Shown here: positions 1 through 8,967 of the stretch, in pieces
How the letters are laid out: every line of letters starts with the position of its first letter
How positions within the stretch are numbered: the first letter of the stretch is position 1
NCBI GenBank assembly: GCA_964607415.1
Contig: CAZSKK010000002.1
Span: 9,991-73,990 of the forward strand
DNA from: an uncultured Candidatus Saccharibacteria bacterium
Lineage (GTDB): Bacteria > Patescibacteriota > Dojkabacteria > J137
Length of the DNA: 64,000 nt
Reading direction: 5' to 3'
Notes under the pieces: model-generated
What the model saw: the letters and a program-made list of their open reading frames with translations, nothing else
Databases searched by the model: none
What the model was told of the DNA's origin: nothing
Translations under genes and position numbers: made by a program

Positions 1-803
1 AGGCATCTGTAACTGGAACTGAAAACTTGGTTTTAGCTGCAGTAAAAGCAAATGGTAGAACAGTAATTTACAATGCAGCATGCGAACCTCACACACAGGA
101 TTTATGCAATTTTTTAGTTTCTGTAGGTGCCCAAATTGAAGGGATTGGAACTAACAAACTTGTAATTGATGGTGTTCAAAACCTAAGTGGGGGAGAGTGG
201 ACAGTCATTTCAGATCATATTGATATTGGTGGAATGATTGTTGCAGCAGCAGTTACTAATGGCGAGCTTCTAATTAAAAATGCAATCCCAAACCACATGA
301 CTCAAATTTTAAATTACTTTGCAAAGCTTAATTTAAAAGTAGAAATTCAAGGTGAAAATATTTTTGTTCCATCTGGACAGGAATTATATGCAATTCCTAA
401 CTTTAAAGGAGATATTGATAAGATCAATGACTTGCCTTGGCCAGGCTTTCCAGTAGATTTAATTCCACAAGCTTTAATTCTTGCGCTAAATGCAAAAGGA
501 AACATTCGAGTATATTCTAATCTTTACGAAGTTCAGCTTGTAGAATTGTTTGCAGAGCTATTCAAAATGAGGGCTAGCATGTCCTTAACCAATCCTAATC
601 AGATTATTACTTTTAATAAAAGTACTATATCCGGGACCACCGTAAACGCATCCACAATTTTGCAGTCTACACATGCGCTAATACTTGCAGGATTAAGCGG
701 GAAAGGTACTACAATAATTCACAATGCAGATATTATTTATAGAAGATTTCCCGAGATTATTGAAACATTCCAAAGGTTAGGAGCTAAGATAGAGAAGATC
801 TGA
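1..803 (+). CDS. murA: UDP-N-acetylglucosamine 1-carboxyvinyltransferase MurA, C-terminal ~265 aa; 5' end lies outside the window
   Basis: In-frame translation from nt 3 reads ASVTGTENLVLAAVKA..., matching the MurA GATGTEN region; the rest matches the MurA C-terminal domain (…TFQRLGAKIEKI stop). The ORF-track start at 27 is a TTG inside the gene, not the real start. Confidence 0.85.
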   Translation, partial: ASVTGTENLVLAAVKANGRTVIYNAACEPHTQDLCNFLVSVGAQIEGIGTNKLVIDGVQNLSGGEWTVISDHIDIGGMIVAAAVTNGELLIKNAIPNHMTQILNYFAKLNLKVEIQGENIFVPSGQELYAIPNFKGDIDKINDLPWPGFPVDLIPQALILALNAKGNIRVYSNLYEVQLVELFAELFKMRASMSLTNPNQIITFNKSTISGTTVNASTILQSTHALILAGLSGKGTTIIHNADIIYRRFPEIIETFQRLGAKIEKI

Positions 804-1270
804 AATTCTCTATAAGCAGCCTTAGCTTTTTTATCAAGCTTTTCAATAAGTGCCCTATATTCCGTTTCTTGTGTCCCAGTAAGTTGTCGCGTAACACTAA
901 GATTAAAAAGCTCTGTTTTTCTTTCCATTAAAGTATAGGTTAGAAGCATGTCTAAGCCTCCTTTTATTTTAGCAGTTCCTCTCTGCTCAAGCTGATTGAT
1001 GAATCTCTCAAAAATAGCCTCTCTATGTTCCTCTATATTTAAAGTCCCATATTCAAATATTCTTTTGAAATATACTATATAAGCCTTTGACTCAAATTTT
1101 CTTTCCGATTCACTATTTTTAACTTTTTCTGCTTCATTAACCAAAGTTGAATAAGAATTAATACCGGAAAGCAAGTTAAGAATCACATCTGCTTTCCTAT
1201 ACTTAGATTCAGTATTAAATAAAATATTTTGATTTTCAAATGCCTCAGCCAGATGATCTTTTGTATCCAT
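737..1270 (-). CDS. hypothetical protein (177 aa), downstream gene of a two-gene operon of unknown function; its 3' end overlaps the murA stop region convergently by ~67 nt
   Basis: Long ORF 2 nt downstream of the 209-aa ORF on the same strand; no motif I can recognise. The convergent overlap with murA is unusual. Confidence 0.5.
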   Translation of the reverse strand: MDTKDHLAEAFENQNILFNTESKYRKADVILNLLSGINSYSTLVNEAEKVKNSESERKFESKAYIVYFKRIFEYGTLNIEEHREAIFERFINQLEQRGTAKIKGGLDMLLTYTLMERKTELFNLSVTRQLTGTQETEYRALIEKLDKKAKAAYREFQIFSILAPNLWNVSIISGNLL

Positions 1271-1272
1271 AG

Positions 1273-1902
1273 TTATGATTCTGGGTTAGGTGCATGAGTA
1301 TGGAAATGGCTTCCTCCAACTACATTAACACCTTTTCTATTTAATCGTTTTGCTAGAAATTCTAGCTCTTGTATCTCTAATTTACTTGTACCACCAACTA
1401 CTTTCAACGAAAATAGATAGGAATAGCGCTGTCTCCTAATCCCACCTAGAACTGTTTCAAAATTAAATTCCCTATAGTTCGTTTGCGAAAGTCGTTGTGC
1501 AATAACTGCCTTAGTAATTAAAAAGTATCTTTCAAGGATTTCCTGTCTGTTTGCTTTTGCTGGAATAAAATCTTTATTAAATCTTATGTTACTAACCAGT
1601 GAAGCAACCATAGGGTTTTTTCTACTGCTATTTTGAAAAAAATATACTAAATCATCAAAATTATCGCATTCTCCTAGATTTTTAACAGCTTTATTTAAAT
1701 CAACATCCCTACAATCGTTGTTTACTAAAATTTGATTTATCTGCTCAATATCCTCATCAAGTAGAAGGCTTGACCAAGGTGATTCTAAAAAATCGTTAAG
1801 CCTGTTATTAAAAGATTCTTGTTTTTTTCTTTCAAGCATCAATTGAAACCCTTCTGTATAAACTGGATCTGGTTCGGAATTTGTGTGATTGAGATCACTC
1901 AT
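1273..1902 (-). CDS. hypothetical protein (209 aa), upstream gene of the two-gene operon of unknown function
   Basis: ORF with three weak internal VxGG repeats (TVLGG / VVGGT / VVGGS) and an HFHTH C-terminus; no family recognised. Confidence 0.55.
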   Translation of the reverse strand: MSDLNHTNSEPDPVYTEGFQLMLERKKQESFNNRLNDFLESPWSSLLLDEDIEQINQILVNNDCRDVDLNKAVKNLGECDNFDDLVYFFQNSSRKNPMVASLVSNIRFNKDFIPAKANRQEILERYFLITKAVIAQRLSQTNYREFNFETVLGGIRRQRYSYLFSLKVVGGTSKLEIQELEFLAKRLNRKGVNVVGGSHFHTHAPNPES

Positions 1903-2037
1903 AAAAAATAATTAATAATTGCGAAAGTTTACCAAAGCCTCCTTAATATGGCAACATTATTCCATTCTCTGGCTTCTGACCTCAGGCCTCTGGTTTCTAA
2001 CTTCTGACTTCTTTCCTTCAATTTGTTAAAATTAATC

Positions 2038-3105
2038 ATGGAAAATCTACAAAAACTTATAGATCAACTAAATCCCGAACACGTTAAATTAAACGAACCC
2101 CTTTCAAAACACACGACCTTAAAAATTGGTGGACCTGCAGATATTTTTTTCACGCCAACATCAACCGATGAGCTTGTAAACGCTGTAAAGGCTGCAAAAA
2201 GCCTGGGAGTTCCAGTAACCATGTTGGGCTGGGGTGCAAATGTTTTAATCGCAGATAAAGGCATTAGAGGCCTTGTAATAAGAAATAACTCTAAAAATAT
2301 TGAAGTTCTTGGGCAAACTAGTTCAAACGAATCACAGGAAAATTCTGATGATACAGAAGTAATTGCAAGATGGACTGCAAGTACAGAAGAGCAGGGCGCA
2401 CGCAAAATGTACGATTTTAAAGATTTGAACTATGATGAATCAGATAAACCTATTATTCAAGTAAAAATGGATAGCGGGGTAGATCTGCCTTATGCAATCA
2501 ATTATCTAATAAGTAAAGGCATTACTGGACTTCAATGGTATTCCAAAATTCCTGGAACAATTGGTGGCGGAATTTATAATAATATTCATGGAGGTACACA
2601 TTTTTTTAATGAAATTCTTGAATCAGTAACAATTTTAGATGAAAAGAATAATATTGTAACTTTAAATAAATCTGAATTGGGTCTTGGATATGATCAATCT
2701 CGCTTCCATAATTCAAAAGAGATAATTCTAAATGGCTTATTTAATTTAAGAGCAGGAGATAAAGAAAAAGCCCAATTTGTAAGCATTGAATGGGCAAGAC
2801 GTAAAGGTGCCCTTCAACCTGCAGTATCGTGTGGAAGCGTGTTTCAAACCCTCTCGAATGATGAAGTACAAAAACGAGGATATCCTACAGGAAGTGCAGG
2901 GTATGTGATTGAACACCTATTAAAAATGACCGGATTCCATGTAGGGGACGCCTGGGTTTCAGAAAAGCACCATAATTTCATAGAAAACAAAGGAGCTGCA
3001 ACTGCCTCAGACTATCTTTCAGTAATAAACGAAATTAAAACTCGAGCTAAACAAGAACTGGACTTAGATTTAAAATTAGAAATATTCCTTCTAGGCGACT
3101 TTTAA
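2038..3105 (+). CDS. murB: UDP-N-acetylenolpyruvoylglucosamine reductase MurB
   Basis: HTTLKIGGPADIFF...LGWGANVLIADKGIRGLVI is the FAD-binding MurB N-terminus; ATG at 2038 (MENLQKL) preferred over the TTG at 2023. Contains a ~60-aa acidic insertion. Confidence 0.85.
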   Translation: MENLQKLIDQLNPEHVKLNEPLSKHTTLKIGGPADIFFTPTSTDELVNAVKAAKSLGVPVTMLGWGANVLIADKGIRGLVIRNNSKNIEVLGQTSSNESQENSDDTEVIARWTASTEEQGARKMYDFKDLNYDESDKPIIQVKMDSGVDLPYAINYLISKGITGLQWYSKIPGTIGGGIYNNIHGGTHFFNEILESVTILDEKNNIVTLNKSELGLGYDQSRFHNSKEIILNGLFNLRAGDKEKAQFVSIEWARRKGALQPAVSCGSVFQTLSNDEVQKRGYPTGSAGYVIEHLLKMTGFHVGDAWVSEKHHNFIENKGAATASDYLSVINEIKTRAKQELDLDLKLEIFLLGDF

Positions 3106-3318
3106 AATATCCTATAATATTAAACTAGTGTTTATTACTTTTATCCTGAAGGCAATCAACGGAGTGCTTTATCTTCTTTCTAACGTTTGTTTAGCCCAAA
3201 TCTTCAGTAAATTTTTAGCCTACATTTAAAATATATGATTTTACTCAATTATTAATAGATGTCAACATCGCATTTTAGTGTAGTATATATATCGAGTATT
3301 GATTGAACCCCTAAACTT

Positions 3319-3369
3319 AAAGTAGAGAAGTAAGTATTATTTTCTATACTTGCAGTTTACTTCTACTTT
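3319..3369. other. imperfect hairpin (AAAGTAGAGAAGTAA...TTACTTCTACTTT) inside the 627-bp non-coding murB-mutL gap
   Basis: ~13-15 bp inverted repeat with a ~21 nt loop; no adjacent U-tract. Confidence 0.4.
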
Positions 3370-3732
3370 TAGAATACTTGCTCGCAAAGCGCATCGATAA
3401 GTTTTACGTAACGAAACAAATTTGATCATAGTAAAAATGTAAAGTTAATGTGTTTTTATATTTCCATAATATTTATTGGATATACATCAAGCGAATGTAT
3501 AAACAAATTATCCATAGCTAGCTGCAACCCTTTGCAAGAAGCTTGTTTCAGCTTTTTTGAAAATTCGAAAATTACAAATTGAAAATTAAATTTGGTTCTA
3601 CTTTTGTTATCAAACGCAAAATTTGCAAAATTTTGTAATTTTTATGTTTTGAGACGCAAATATGAACTTTTAGAAACATGTTAAAAATGTTAATCTTTAT
3701 TTTAGTAACATAAATTTCAAAAATCCCTAAAA

Positions 3733-5541
3733 ATGAGTATCAAAATCCTACCCGAAAACATAATTAATTTGATTGCAGCAGGCGAAGTAGTAGAAAGACC
3801 AGCTTCAGCACTAAAAGAACTAATTGAAAATTCAATTGATGCTGGAAGCTCAAGAATCATAATCAGGCTAGAAGAATTCGGTGAAAAGCTTATAGAAGTG
3901 GAAGATAATGGTGCCGGCATGGATGCTACCGACGCTAAGCTAGCATTTGTTCAACACGCAACTTCAAAAATCTCAAAAGAAGACGATTTAAATAGTATAA
4001 ATACACTAGGATTTAGAGGTGAAGCTTTAGCCAGCATTGCGTCTGTTGCTGAATATGTAGAACTGGAAACAAAAAAGGAAAATGCTGAGCCAGTTAAAAT
4101 TAAAGCAGAATCAAATACCGTAATTAATCAGGATAGTAACAAAAGCACAGTCGGTACAGTAATTTCGATACATAATCTTTTTGCAAAGGTGCCAGCTAGA
4201 AAAAAATTTCTAAAAAATCCTAATACAGAGTACAAGCACTTATTAAATACTTTTATAAACATAGCTCTAGTAAATACAAACATTCATTTTGAAATATTTC
4301 ATAACAACAAGCTTGTTTACAGACTTAATAAAACTGATAATTTTAAAGAAAGAGTTTTTGAACTATTTGGCAAAGAAATAAGTACAAACTTAATTGGACC
4401 AATTCACTATGAAAATAATTTTTGTACCATCAACCTATTTTTGGGAAGCCCTAGGCTATCAAAAAAAACCGCAACCAATCAATATACTTTCGTAAATAAT
4501 AGATTTGTTATAGATAAAGTAATTCAAGCAAGTATCGCCAATGGTTTTTCTGGATTTATCCACAAAGAACTCAAACCTGTATGGTTCGCATTTATCCACA
4601 TAAACCCTGAGTTAGTTGATGTAAATGTTCATCCTAGAAAGCTTGAGGTTAGATTTACAAATCCCAAAGATATTTATGGCATAACCTACTCACTAGCAAA
4701 AAAATCTCTTGAACAGGAAAGCAGATCCATAACTATCAATACTTTAGCCGACAGAAATGAGGCAACATCACCTGCCTTTATCTCTAATTTCAACAAATCT
4801 GCAAAGCAAATGTACAAATATGAAAATTATGGTAGCAACAAATCATCATCACCAAAAGTTATTATCGAAGAAGCAATCAGTTTTAGCAAAGCGCTATTAC
4901 AGCCGCTCGATGGTGAAAAATCCGACATAAATAACTTTAATGAATTTGCGCTAGATTCCGCTTTTCAACTTTTTAACACTTATATATTATATGAAAAAAA
5001 TGATTCACTAATTGTCGTGGATCAGCATGCAGCAAGCGAAAAAATTACATTTGAAAAGCTTATTTCTAATATCGATTCTATTAAAACAAAACCATTATTA
5101 CTTCCTAAAATAATTGAACTTAATTCAGCCCAGAAAGAGGAAATCATTGCTATGACTGATGAACTTAAAAAATTAGGCCTTGTGGTAAATGATTTTGGTG
5201 GCAATTCGATACAAATTTCAGAAATTCCAGAACAAATTGATGATCACGATCTTGAAGGTCTTATATTAGAATTGCTGGATGAGCCAATAGAATTTAAAAA
5301 GACCTTCTTTGAATATAGCAGGACAAATAATTCCCTGTCTGAAAAAATCTATTTAATGATCGCCTCAACTGCATGCCATGGGTCAATACGAGCTGGGCAG
5401 CGTCTAAATTCAATGGAAATGAAAAATATAATAAATGACCTTCTTAAATTAGAGAACCCCTACTCTTGCCCACATGGAAGGCCTGTTTTCTGGGAACTTA
5501 AAAAAGCAGAGTTAGAAAAAAACTTTAAACGTATATTATGA
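3733..5541 (+). CDS. mutL: DNA mismatch repair protein MutL (endonuclease-type C-terminus)
   Basis: N-terminal GHKL ATPase motifs (IAAGEVVERPASALKELIENSIDAG, VEDNGAGM); C-terminal DQHAASEKITFEKL, ACHGSIRAG and CPHGRP motifs typical of MutH-independent MutL. Confidence 0.9.
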   Translation: MSIKILPENIINLIAAGEVVERPASALKELIENSIDAGSSRIIIRLEEFGEKLIEVEDNGAGMDATDAKLAFVQHATSKISKEDDLNSINTLGFRGEALASIASVAEYVELETKKENAEPVKIKAESNTVINQDSNKSTVGTVISIHNLFAKVPARKKFLKNPNTEYKHLLNTFINIALVNTNIHFEIFHNNKLVYRLNKTDNFKERVFELFGKEISTNLIGPIHYENNFCTINLFLGSPRLSKKTATNQYTFVNNRFVIDKVIQASIANGFSGFIHKELKPVWFAFIHINPELVDVNVHPRKLEVRFTNPKDIYGITYSLAKKSLEQESRSITINTLADRNEATSPAFISNFNKSAKQMYKYENYGSNKSSSPKVIIEEAISFSKALLQPLDGEKSDINNFNEFALDSAFQLFNTYILYEKNDSLIVVDQHAASEKITFEKLISNIDSIKTKPLLLPKIIELNSAQKEEIIAMTDELKKLGLVVNDFGGNSIQISEIPEQIDDHDLEGLILELLDEPIEFKKTFFEYSRTNNSLSEKIYLMIASTACHGSIRAGQRLNSMEMKNIINDLLKLENPYSCPHGRPVFWELKKAELEKNFKRIL

Positions 5542-6044
5542 AAAAATTTTTTATTTTCTATACAATTTTCATCTTCATATTAATTCTAGTACTAGGATCT
5601 TTAACCATCTATATGCTATCTTCAAATTCAAAAACTAGTGGGATCCTTGATATTAAAACTGTTTCTGATAACTCAACAGTTACTTTAAAACATATCCCTT
5701 CAAATCGTAAAATTGAATTGGAAGTTGCCAAATCAATCGAAAAAAGAATGAATGGATTAATGCTCAAAACTAGCCTTGAAGAAAACTCAGGAATGATTTT
5801 TATTTCAGAGCAAGAATCAGAAATGACATTTTGGATGAAGAACACCTTGGTCTCTCTGGATGTGATTTATTTAGACAAAAATTTGAAAGTTGTAAGTTTC
5901 CACGAGTCAACTCAGAAAAACCAGACAACGGAAGTTTATCCTTCAAACGGCAAAGCTCTTTATGGCATAGAACTTAATGCAGGTTGGTCAGAAAAAAACA
6001 ACCTAAATGTTGGTGACCAATTTGAAATAGTTGGAATAAATTGA
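5538..6044 (+). CDS. DUF192-family membrane-anchored protein
   Basis: N-terminal TM helix; FWMKNTLVSLDVIYLD...GIELNAGW resembles the DUF192/COG1430 core. Start overlaps the mutL stop (ATGA). Confidence 0.55.
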   Translation: MKKFFIFYTIFIFILILVLGSLTIYMLSSNSKTSGILDIKTVSDNSTVTLKHIPSNRKIELEVAKSIEKRMNGLMLKTSLEENSGMIFISEQESEMTFWMKNTLVSLDVIYLDKNLKVVSFHESTQKNQTTEVYPSNGKALYGIELNAGWSEKNNLNVGDQFEIVGIN

Positions 6045-6097
6045 ACAGTAGGCTTATCTCGGAAACAATTGTATGTCAATAAGTCCAAGAAAAAGTG

Positions 6098-6126
6098 TTG
6101 ACAAAAAATTTTTATTAGGATAGAAT
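6098..6126 (+). promoter_or_regulatory. sigma70-like promoter TTGACA-N17-TAGAAT upstream of clpP
   Basis: Consensus -35 TTGACA (6098-6103), 17-nt spacer, -10 TAGAAT (6121-6126), ~200 nt upstream of clpP. Confidence 0.55.
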
Positions 6127-6182
6127 ATGAGTACAAAAGTAGCACAACAAAATTTCGAGGCAGTAAAAATAGTTAAAAGTGC

Positions 6183-6216
6183 AAGCAAATTATCCCGGTG
6201 ACGGGATAATTTGCTT
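6183..6216 (+). other. perfect 15-bp stem hairpin with GTGA (GNRA) loop in the clpP 5' leader
   Basis: AAGCAAATTATCCCG-GTGA-CGGGATAATTTGCTT; no U-tract follows, so not a canonical terminator. Confidence 0.6.
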
Positions 6217-6325
6217 TCTGGAGAAGAAGATCTCAAAATTATAGCTAAAACATATAAACTTAGCTAAAATAGTTAATATAATTGATCCAAAATATTTGTA
6301 CTTTTCTTATTTTTAATCTTTTTAT

Positions 6326-6949
6326 ATGAGTTATCTAGTACCAACAGTAATAGAAAGATCAAGAGAAGGTGAAAGAGCATACGATTTATATTCAAGATTA
6401 TTAAAAGATAGAATCATTTTTGTAGGAACAGCTATCGATGAAGGTGTTGCGAATGCAATCATTGCCCAGCTTTTATTTTTAGATAAAGAAGATCCAGAAA
6501 AAGACATAACAATGTATATTAACTGTCCTGGGGGGGTTATTTATTACGGGCTTGGGATTCTAGACACAATGAACCATATCAAAGCAGATGTCAGCACTGT
6601 AGTTGTCGGACTAGCTGCTTCTTTTGGTGCATTAATTGCAGCAAATGGAACTAAAGGTAAAAGATTTATATTGCCAAATGCAACAGTAATGATTCATCAA
6701 CCATGGTCAAGCGGAGGCGGAGGACAAGCAACAGACGTGGAAATAAGTGCTAAGGAAATATTAAGACAGAAGGATATTTTAAATAAAATTTTAGCTGAAA
6801 AAACTGGCCAAACATTGAATAAAATTGAAAAAGATGTGGATAGAGATAATTTTATGGATGCAAAGAAAGCACTTGAATATGGCTTAGTAGATAAGATAAT
6901 ACAGAAAGAAACATCAAGTTCAAAAAAAACAAGTTCGCATAAGGGTTAA
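6326..6949 (+). CDS. clpP: ATP-dependent Clp protease proteolytic subunit ClpP, with Lys/Ser-rich C-terminal tail
   Basis: [32 protein letters not shown] (catalytic Ser) and MIHQP (His) motifs. Confidence 0.9.
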   Translation: MSYLVPTVIERSREGERAYDLYSRLLKDRIIFVGTAIDEGVANAIIAQLLFLDKEDPEKDITMYINCPGGVIYYGLGILDTMNHIKADVSTVVVGLAASFGALIAANGTKGKRFILPNATVMIHQPWSSGGGGQATDVEISAKEILRQKDILNKILAEKTGQTLNKIEKDVDRDNFMDAKKALEYGLVDKIIQKETSSSKKTSSHKG

Positions 6950-7031
6950 TTAGTGAAAATGCAAACGGTTAATTCGTAGCACAAATCATCGAACTAATTA
7001 ACTGATAAACCAATTAACCTGTAACTTTTAT

Positions 7032-7104
7032 GAGCACTTAGCTCAGCTGGTAGAGCAAACGCTTGACGTGCGTTAGGTCATAGGTTCGATCCCTATAGTG
7101 CTCA
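7032..7104 (+). tRNA. tRNA-Val (anticodon GAC)
   Basis: Cloverleaf: acceptor GAGCACT/AGTGCTC, D arm GCTCAGCTGGTAGAGC, anticodon stem AACGC/GCGTT with loop TTGACGT, T arm GGTTCGATCC; CCA not encoded. Confidence 0.85.
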
Positions 7105-7267
7105 AATTAACCAATTAAGATTAACGGAAACAAATCACTAATTAACCCATCGATTTTAGTGCTATAATTTTTTAGATTTTGAGTAATTAGCCAAGTGATA
7201 AAACTATTAACTATTGGCTATAAGCTAACTCAAAAGCTATAACACATAACATAAACCTGGTTTATAT

Positions 7268-8824
7268 ATGGCACAAATAATTCCCATTTCAGATGAAGTT
7301 AAGCACTCTGCTGCACATGTTCTAGCTCTTGCAGTAAAAAGACAATTCCCAGACGTAAAAATAGGAATTGGTCCCGTCACTAAAGAAGGCTTCTACTATG
7401 ATTTTGATATAGGTAGAAGATTTACAGAAGAAGAAAAGAAAGCAATAGAAACCAATATTATGCAAATCGTTAAAGAAGATTTACCTTTTTCTCAGTTTTA
7501 TCTGAACAAAGAGAAGGCAATAACAATGCTTTTACAAAACGGTCAAGGCTACAAAGCTGAACTTGTGAAATCTATACCAGACGAAGAAATTAGCTTTTTT
7601 AAGGTCGGTGATGAATTCACCGATCTATGCAGAGGTCCTCATTTAAAATCTACTGGATATCTTGGCATTATTCAGATAGATAAAATAACAGAAACACATT
7701 GGAAAGAGGATCCTAAAAGACCTAAAATGGAAAGAATTCATGGTGTAGTATTTAGAAATGCAGAAGAAGCAGTAAACTTTCACAATGCAAAGTTAGAAGA
7801 GAAGTCTAGAGACTTCAAAAAAATCTCAGAAACTTCAAAGCTTGGTTTTGTGGTTGGGAAAGATTTGTATTTTACAAACCGTGGAACGTCAGTCCAAAGG
7901 CAAATTGAGAAGATTATTGTCGCTGAAATTAAAGGCAACAAGCTTGCCGATGAGATAACAGTACCAACTCAAAAAAGTGTAGAGGAAATAACTGGAAGTG
8001 TAGATTCTTATCTATCTTCTAACAACCATAGTTACAAAGATTTTCCCAGATATTTTTTTATAAGAACAAATGTAAAGTCAAAAGTAAAAAATGAAATAGA
8101 AGAAGGAAAAGCAATCATTTTTTTAAATTATCTAAAAGCAACAGATGCAGCCACCGAGCTTGGCAAAGCCATTGAAAATACAATCGGTATATTTAAGCAA
8201 TTTAATCTGGAGATTTTTGGCGAAATTCTTTGCAGCAACCTAGATGATCCTTATTTAGAAAGCATTTCAAATATTTTGAAAGGTAATCTTATTTCACACA
8301 ACAAGGTTTTAACTAAAAATAGAAACGATATTTCATTAATTCTGAAGGTAAAAGACTCAATTTCAAGAGATTGGAATTTATGTGTCATAAACTTAAGAAG
8401 TGAAAATACACCTAGATATATAAATGATGTAAACAATTCACAAAACACGGTTGTATTAGAGAATATATTTCCTATTTTAAATATTTACGGATACTTTATT
8501 GAAAATTTTGAAGGTGAATTGCCTCTTATTTTGAAACCAGTAAAAGTTAAGTGTATTCCTTTAACCAAAAAACAACATGAATATGCTAAGGAAATCTTAA
8601 GAAAAGTTATAGATCTTGGGTATTCAGCGGAAATTGATTTGAGGGCTAATAGTATGCAAGAAAAAATTAAAGACGCAGAGAATGAGGGAATTCCTATCAT
8701 TCTTGTGCTGGGTAATAAAGAAGCTGTTAACCAAGCAGTTTCAATAAGGCAAAACAGTATAGAAGTTGGATTAATAAGCCTTGATAATTTTAAAGACTAC
8801 CTCGCAGAAAATCTAAATTACTAA
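7268..8824 (+). CDS. thrS: threonyl-tRNA synthetase homologue (no TGS domain; editing and anticodon-binding domains conserved; catalytic core highly divergent, class II motifs not recognisable)
   Basis: HSAAHVLALAV + DLCRGPH (editing-domain HxxxH/CxxxH), RDFKKI hinge and a C-terminal class IIa anticodon-binding domain, all alignable to E. coli ThrRS by eye. The 210-aa middle lacks CPGH, the motif 2 FRNE...R...F and the motif 3 GSxERFIG Arg. Canonical position upstream of infC-rpmI-rplT. Confidence 0.7.
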   Translation: MAQIIPISDEVKHSAAHVLALAVKRQFPDVKIGIGPVTKEGFYYDFDIGRRFTEEEKKAIETNIMQIVKEDLPFSQFYLNKEKAITMLLQNGQGYKAELVKSIPDEEISFFKVGDEFTDLCRGPHLKSTGYLGIIQIDKITETHWKEDPKRPKMERIHGVVFRNAEEAVNFHNAKLEEKSRDFKKISETSKLGFVVGKDLYFTNRGTSVQRQIEKIIVAEIKGNKLADEITVPTQKSVEEITGSVDSYLSSNNHSYKDFPRYFFIRTNVKSKVKNEIEEGKAIIFLNYLKATDAATELGKAIENTIGIFKQFNLEIFGEILCSNLDDPYLESISNILKGNLISHNKVLTKNRNDISLILKVKDSISRDWNLCVINLRSENTPRYINDVNNSQNTVVLENIFPILNIYGYFIENFEGELPLILKPVKVKCIPLTKKQHEYAKEILRKVIDLGYSAEIDLRANSMQEKIKDAENEGIPIILVLGNKEAVNQAVSIRQNSIEVGLISLDNFKDYLAENLNY

Positions 8825-8967
8825 AGAAAATCCCATTGTGATTAAAAAACTAATGTGATATTATTACTATGCTTTTTAAGTATTAGAACTGTTTTCGTAT
8901 AAAAAAATACAATTATTACAAGCCGAAAGCTCCGCAAATAAGAAATTTTAAAAATGAAGAGATCCGA

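Noticed and set aside
2064-2405. 113-aa antisense ORF inside murB. Similar antisense ORFs lie inside the PBP gene (10901-11206, 11113-11553, 12462-12659, 12736-12921), gyrB (34555-34907, 35403-35816, 36090-36386), gyrA (36876-38784), ruvA (42587-42970), ruvC (43202-43447), tsf (59169-59652) and other genes.
   Set aside because: Each is fully embedded in a well-supported conserved gene on the opposite strand, with low-complexity composition typical of antisense reading of AT-rich genes.
6127-6201. 24-codon ORF (MSTKVAQQNFEAVKIVKSASKLSR) starting right after the clpP promoter.
   Set aside because: Its ATG lies at the -10 box position, upstream of the predicted transcription start, and it ends inside the leader hairpin. 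More likely non-coding.
5960-6236. Two ~60-aa minus-strand ORFs spanning the DUF192 gene end and the clpP promoter/leader.
   Set aside because: They overlap a promoter and a perfect hairpin; they have no RBS and no plausible protein features.
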